This document shows positions 57,231 through 64,000 of a stretch of DNA of 64,000 nucleotides, one piece after another. Both the position numbers and the translations under genes were made by a program. Origin of the DNA: Octopus vulgaris (lineage: Eukaryota); assembly GCA_951406725.2 (NCBI GenBank), contig OX597824.1:99324001-99388000 (forward strand), in the 5' to 3' direction. The notes beneath the pieces are model-generated. The model made no database searches. It saw only the letters and a program-made list of their open reading frames with translations, and was not told the origin of the DNA. The first letter of the stretch is position 1, and each line of letters begins with the position of its first letter.

Positions 57231-57551
57231 AATCTAAATCTATGGTAGATTCCTGCAAGAAGTTAAAACTTCCTTGTACAGAAGAAACAATTTCTTGGAA
57301 AGGACGATGACGTGGAAAAGAGGAGCCAGTCGTGAAGAAAGAAGAATCATTATCAATGTGATTTTCCAGTCTTGTATTGTTTTTCCTGTTGTCCACTGGT
57401 TCTAGTATGACTTCAGGCTGTTTCTCAGGTTCCAGTTTCGGGGCTACGACTTCCTCTGTGTGTTGCTTCAGCTCAGCTGGGTTCACTTCAACAGGAACAA
57501 CTGTAGCTGGTTCTTCCACGGGTTTTTCACTGGATTTTTCAGCAGCAGGAG
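57231..57551 (-). CDS. CAPRIN1: Caprin-1 exon (acidic linker plus G3BP-interaction motif)
   Basis: gtcag|ct...t|gtaagt. Ends in QGSFNFLQESTIDLD, equivalent to vertebrate QGPYNFIQDSMLD. Confidence 0.9.
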
Positions 57552-58485
57552 CTGACATGCAATGTGTTAAAATTTAAATATCTCACACAAGAAATTATGA
57601 TTTAACAAAAATATTTTTAAGTATCAATAAACAGATATTTACAATAACTGAAAACACTTTATATTTGTAAATCAATGTGGTTTTCCAGAAATTTAACTGT
57701 AGCAAGAAGTGTTTTTTAAATCTAATATTGTTAATTAGAAAAGTTCCACTCTATTATATCATTAGCATTAAGAAGGGCATCCAGCCGTAAAAACAATGCT
57801 AAACCCATAATGGACAATAAGTGATAATGATGAAATAATTTAACTACTAGCTGATTAACAAAGATATTTCTTTGATGATTCACTTGACCCTTTCATGACC
57901 TTGTCTCAAATTAAATATTGTCCATGCATTTTATTTCTAAAATAATCAAAATTTTGGACAGACTTAATAAAAATAACCACTCTTATGACAATAAAACTCA
58001 CAAAAACTGAGATAAATCAAATTATCATTTGATCCTTACATTTCTCAGTCTTTCATCACTAAACAATGGAGTGAAAATATTCTCAATGTATTTTCAAGTA
58101 ATCAAAACAGTTTACTTTCATTAAAAACTGTGTTTAGAATTGTATAAGTCTACCTCAACATGATAAACCTAGAATTTATGTGTAGAATACTTCCAAACAG
58201 TGACAATCCTCAGAACTGGTGACCATAAAAGAAACCACACATATAGAGTAAGTACTCTATATATAGTTACATTAATTCTATATACAATACCTAAAACTCA
58301 CCAGAATCTATGTTTATGAATTATAATTCTTAAATCATTTTTTGGAGAAAATTAAAAATTGGTTGCACCCATGAAATCTCTTCCAGTATCTACCCCATTT
58401 CAATACCAATCCACCTGAGACCATTCCTAGTTCTATGATACAAACTTTCCAGACAGAAGGGGAGGAGATAAGGGAACCAACTAAC

Positions 58486-58726
58486 CTTCTGTTGAAGGTC
58501 CATTGGCGTCATAACGAGGAGCATTTTCAAAGTAGCCACACGCAAGAATTAAATCTATCAGCTTCTTTAATTCTTTATAAGTGGTGCCAAGAACAGCTTT
58601 GTCTTTGCCATCCAATAAGCTACATAAATGTTCAGAAGCAGTAACAAAATCCTGTTGATTATCTCGAGATGGACATATATGTTTATAGATATTATCCAGC
58701 TGAGTGAGATTCTCTTCAGTTAGAAC
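58486..58726 (-). CDS. CAPRIN1: Caprin-1 exon (dimerisation domain)
   Basis: taacag|...g|gttagt. Translates VLTEENLTQLDNIYKHICPSRD...ASEHLCSLLDGKDKAVLGTTYKELKKLIDLILACGYFE, matching the Caprin ASxHL..GTTYK..YF pattern. Confidence 0.92.
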
Positions 58727-59303
58727 CTGTTAAAAACAAACAAAAAATTAACTTCAGAAGCATCAACCAAATCCTTAAAAAAAATATTGATAAAAATAGC
58801 AAAAGAAAACATCTTGTAATTTTGACATTAACAAATGTAAGTGGCATCAACAATGCTTTATGTTGAGAAATAACAAAACCTTATTAGTTCTTCATTCTAT
58901 AGACTTGACAATGAAATTCATAAATTAACATTAGTTAACCTAAATTGCAGTTTCAGCTAATCTACGTTTTGTAATGTTTCCTCAACACAGAGACTGTTTA
59001 TGGGTTCTCTGAGACTGGTGTGAGAGAAGGTAAAGTACAAAGTGGACTTCACTAAAGGACAGGTAATGGATTAAAGCTTCAACCCAAAAACAAGACCAGT
59101 CTCTCCAATGGACTTTATCAAGCTTCCATCTTGCAAATTTTACTCCCAGAGTTTTAGCTGATCTGAAGCTTTGGCAGAAGAAAATTGTTCAAGACGCTGT
59201 GCAGTGAGACTGAACCCCAAAACCCATGCAACCCTGTCTTTATACAATAATGTCTTTTTTTTTCACAAATCCCAACTTGTTTCAGTTCTATCGAAATACT
59301 TAC

Positions 59304-59465
59304 AACTGCTGAATGCCAGCCATTTCGGAAATCATTGCGAACCTGCTCCATTCCAAAACTGTCCAGCAAGTTTTGGATCAACAACACCTGTTTCAGTCGT
59401 TTGTGTTCATTTAAAATTCTATCAGCTCGTTCTTTCTTCATCTGTTTCTTCAAGAGCTTTTCAGC
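59304..59465 (-). CDS. CAPRIN1: Caprin-1 exon (HR1)
   Basis: cttag|...|gtaagt. Translates AEKLLKKQMKKERADRILNEHKRLKQVLLIQNLLDSFGMEQVRNDFRNGWHSAV. Confidence 0.92.
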
Positions 59466-59896
59466 CTAAGTAACAAGAAATTGAAGAAATGTTCTAGAAT
59501 CAGACATTCCACACAGATAAAAGAGACAACTTCCCAATCTTGCATCCAGGTAAAAGATAAAAAAACAACAATGACTGTTTAATAAATATTAATGAAGAAA
59601 CAACACAGGTGACAATGGAGGGTTTAGCTAGTTGTCATTGGAAATTAGAAAATAGAATACAAACCATGATAAAAAGGAGGAGGTGAAAATAGTGCAGCCA
59701 TATTAATGTGTGCTAAATGAAGAGGGAGCTTTACTTTATACATTCATCTGTAGCTGTTTTTATAAGGGATCAACACAGATTTTTAAAAATATACATCTCA
59801 AAACTTAAGAAAATCTTTCAATCATCATATATTAAATTAATGTTGATAGTCTTCCTAGATTTGTTCCCTCAACAACACAACCTCCTTACAAATAGA

Positions 59897-60765
59897 TGAG
59901 GGTTGTCCTGAAAATAATACAAAAGTGGTTAGAACTTTTTATATTCACAGACCACAGGTCATTCAACTTGCACGTATTGGTAGAGTAACCCTTCTTCCTA
60001 TTATTCTTTATTGAAGGCAAATAAGGGTTCCAAACAGAAGCAATGCGCCATCATCAAGTTCCCAAAGGATCACATGCTGTCCAACATCCAGAGAAGGCTA
60101 TAGAGACGACACCATTGACAAGAGTAATATGCATCAATGGATAAAAAGTTTAAAGAAGAGGAAACCAGACTTGAAGACAAATGGGAGAGCATCATCTGTG
60201 ACCGTTGACATGACTTGTCAGTCATTGGACGAATTGAGTCACAAACCACAAGATGGCAGCACCACTGCACAGTGGACATCCTGCATTACAGAAGATGATG
60301 GAAGACTTTGGGTACCAGAAAGTGTACGTGTGTAAAGAGGGTACGTTGACAGTTGACTCTTGATTTGAAGGAGAGAAGAGCAGAAGTCTGCTCTAATCTG
60401 CAGGAAGCATCTGAAGCCAGAGAAGACTTTTTCCTTCTGATCTGGTGACAGCGGATGAAACATGGGCGTATCTTTATGAGCCAGAAATGGTGGATCAGTC
60501 CATGGAATGGCATGAAAACCTGCATGGTGACAGTGGAACCATTTTTCATTCACTTGAACACGACTGTACTGTGAACAGTGAATGATACATTGAGGAACTG
60601 AAATAACTTAAAGGCTCTGCATTCACCATGACAATATCTTTGGCAAGAAATCAGAAGATCAGCAAATTGGGTTGGTCAGTGGTGCCCCCCACCCCCATCT
60701 ACTGTAGTACAGGCCGAATCTGGTGTCCTCCAACTTTCACCTGTTTAGTCCAATGAAGGACACTG
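59897..60765 (+). pseudogene. Fossil mariner transposase
   Basis: VTADETWAYLYEPE and YRPNLVSSNFHLFSPMK (the YSPDLAP motif), with frameshifts. TIR-like GAGGGTTGTCC. Confidence 0.8.
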
Positions 60766-62250
60766 AATGTGTGTGTGTGTGTGTGTGTAGGCTCAGTCGT
60801 GATTGTGTGCTTAAGAAGCTTGCCTCTCCGCCATGTGGGTCTTGGGCTCAGTCCCCCTGTGCAGCAGCACCCTCTTCTACTGTAAACCGGGCCAACCATA
60901 GCATTAAGTAGATTTGGTAGACAGAAACTGAAAGAAGCCCATCATGTGTATGAGAGTAGAAATATATATATTATACACCCCTTTACAACATTCATAGAAC
61001 AAGTTCACCAAACACCTATACCATGTTATTCAAGAACAGTGAACCAACACTAGTTTAGCCAGAATTAACATTTTTGACATTGAAATAAAACTGTTTACTA
61101 TCTCTAAGATAGTTTTTCCCCTCCAGCATTCACTAGCAGCAAGAGGAAAATTTATTCACATTTGATATTATGTACATTATGTTGAATATGATTTTCCAAG
61201 AACTCCCTCCATTTTCAAGACTTGTGATTTCAGGGAAGTTTCATTATCATCTCACTTTTAATTATTTAACACTTAAGTATATGTACAACTTATCATCAAC
61301 ACAACCTGCTGACATCACAACACCAGTTATGCCTGTCATCCATACAATTCTGTACTTTCCATCTTATATCATCATCATCGTTTAACGTCCGTTTTCCATG
61401 CTAGCATGGGTTGGACGGTTCAATTGGGGTCTGGGAAGCCAGAAGGCTGCACCAGGCCCAGTCTGATCTGGCTGTGTTTCTACAGCTGGATGCCCTTCCT
61501 AACGCCAACCACTCCGTGAGTGTAGTGGGTGCTTTTTACGTGCCACCTGCACAGGTGCCAGGCGAGGCTGGCAACGGCCACGATCGGATGGTGCTTTTTA
61601 CATGCCACCGGCACGGGGGCCGGACGAGGCTGGCATAGTAGTTGTCTCCTCTCCTCCCCCCTTATCCTACTACGGTAGCCAAGTACCTCCTCTATACTAA
61701 GACAACTATCTCTGTCCTTCTATCATACTCTAACCTCTTGTCTGGCAGACAGTCACGCACCTTGGTTCCACTCCTCTCAACAAAGAGGTCTGGTACCATG
61801 TGAAAAGAAAAACCTGTGCCAGAGCCAGTCTACCCTGTAAAGTGGCTGGCATCAGGAAGGACATCCAACCACAGAAACCATGCCAGAATAGACAAGTGGA
61901 GTCTGGTGGTGCAGCTCTCTGGCTTGCCAGCTCCTGTCAAACCATCCAAACCATGTTGGCATGGAAAACATCAAATGACGATGATTTCTTTCAATGATTC
62001 AAAGCCAGCCATTCTGAGGGGAGGGGCAGTTACACAATTACCTCAACACTTGACTGGAACTTTTTATTTTACTGGCCTCGGGTCTAAAAGCAAAGATGAA
62101 CAACCTTAGTAGGATTTGAACTTTGAACGTAAGAGCTGGAATAAATCACAAAGTATTTTGTCCAATGCAGTAATGATTCTGCCAACCCGCAACTGATAAT
62201 GATGATGGAGTAAATAAGATTACAGTGTAATAGAATTGGGTGAAATGGAA

Positions 62251-62298
62251 GTCAGTGGGAGTCAGTGGTAGTCAGTGGTAGTCAGTGGTAGTCAGTGG
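62251..62298. repeat. 10-bp tandem repeat (GTCAGTGGTA) x5
   Basis: Directly visible. Confidence 0.9.
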
Positions 62299-62693
62299 TG
62301 TTTGGGTAAATATTAACCTACCACGTCCCTCAATTTAGCATATCACATCTAGGAGTGGCAGGTGGTTCTTGTAAGTCCTTGAATACAATATAACAATCTA
62401 AGACAAATATATTCTAGTTAAAAATAAAGCAATAAATGGATTAACCAGAAAACAGCATTCTTATTTCCATGGCCCTTCAGATTGTAACTCTGATACTATT
62501 TCTAAACCTCCACCTGGGAACCCTTTTCCCAATGTCAATATATATGCAACAAAATGGAGGTCAAAAACAATAAGGCACCAGAAAAATACGACTCATTGTA
62601 GAATCCCACATCAAGTATGTAAATAGCAGAATGTTGCTAAAAGCATTCATTATGTGGAGGGGGGGGGGGCATGAAACAAAATATAATACTTAC

Positions 62694-62780
62694 ATCCTGA
62701 GTGAGGGCCATAAATTGTTTAAGCAATTCCTTTGCAAATTCCAAGTTACAAGCAACATCACCATACTTGTTAATTGCTTC
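62694..62780 (-). CDS. CAPRIN1: Caprin-1 exon (HR1 coiled-coil)
   Basis: aacag|...|gtaagt. Translates EAINKYGDVACNLEFAKELLKQFMALTQD, containing the Caprin NLEFAKEL motif. Confidence 0.92.
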
Positions 62781-63332
62781 CTGTTTAAAGAAATACAATA
62801 TTCAGATAAATACAATTCATTTTTTTCAAAATCTCTAATTAAAATCTTAAAACTGATTAACACAATGATTACCCTTGTGTGTTTGAGTGTGTATGTATGT
62901 GTGTGTGTGTGTGTGTGTATATATATAAAACACACAATATTGAATAAGTGCTTCTATGGAAACTTAATGCACAAACTTGAAGAGCTCCACTCTTTCACCT
63001 CTAATGTATTATTACTTCAAATGCAACAGCCACAGCAGCTACAACAATATTGCAATGGACTAAAATGAATGTTCAGAGCAGAATGTTTGATGAAATGGAG
63101 CAGAAATGATGTCAGAGATTCTTTGGTTCTGTTCTACAGTTGTTGCCATATGTCGTGTGATTACGTTGCTAGCGATACGGAATTGGTGGTAACCAAGTGT
63201 GAATTTTGTTGAATGGAAGGAACAGTTTCGAAATATGAAAATCAATAACAATAAAGAAATACTGAAAAAGTGAGAGCAAAATGTTTACAGTAAGGAAAGG
63301 GAAAGAGAAAGTTGGATGCCAGTTAGAAATCT

Positions 63333-63363
<31 letters not shown>

Positions 63364-64000
63364 GTATGCTTGTATATTTATGGGTATGTAGCTGGAGTTC
63401 TGTCTGTGTCAACATTAAGTGATAGTCATAAACGAGCATAACCACCATACGTGTAGTGTCTATTTTGAGCCATGGAAAAACATTACCTCACTTGGAAACA
63501 GGTGAGGGTCACAGGAGGGTCATCCAATCTGCCTCAACAAATTCTAATACAGGAAAGCATGGAAAAGTGAAATTATTAAGACATACTTTTTATTTGATGC
63601 TCATGATGATTTCGTGTTATTTTTTTTTTTCAGAATTCTTTGAAAAATTCTTCCAATTCTAAGCCACTATTGGTAAACGAAAAATTGTTATAACATTTTG
63701 CTTTCAGATGTAAAATGTTATAGATAATGTAATCATTATGAACTGGAAAATATATCAAGAAAAAATCATTTTTCCCTGCCTGCATGGGTCAAACAGAATT
63801 TGCTGAGATATTTTCTACAGCCAGTTGTCCTTTCTGTCTCCAACTCTCACCTGTTTCCATGCCAGGTGATATTTTCCCATAGCCAGACAGGTCTTTCACA
63901 CAAGATTGGAAATGAACATCACTGATATGACAGTGAAGCTTGTTTACAGCCATCAGATGATGTCAAGGTAAGGGTATATGCAAATACATATAGACAACAG

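Overview
AT-rich, repeat-dense animal DNA. The SINE families, (TA)/(TACA) microsatellites and gene content suggest a cephalopod such as Octopus (inference). Two spliced genes face each other tail-to-tail. On +, the last four exons of a multi-PLAT-domain gene (LOXHD1-like) lie at 5111-26552. On -, nine exons of a Caprin-1 orthologue lie at 62780-42629, with its 5' end outside the window. I checked exon phases by hand, and both chains join in frame. Between the genes is a ~14.5 kb block of RTE- and CR1-type LINE fragments, whose 5' junctions all abut long TACA/TA microsatellites. It includes two head-to-head LINE pairs and a LINE that shares its 3' stem-loop with the local SINE. The introns carry a 7.3 kb 33-bp minisatellite with a binary variant, foldback elements, pogo-, piggyBac- and mariner-type DNA transposon remnants, a composite Helitron nested in a SINE, and many SINEs. 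Most long ORFs in the supplied track are repeat artefacts.
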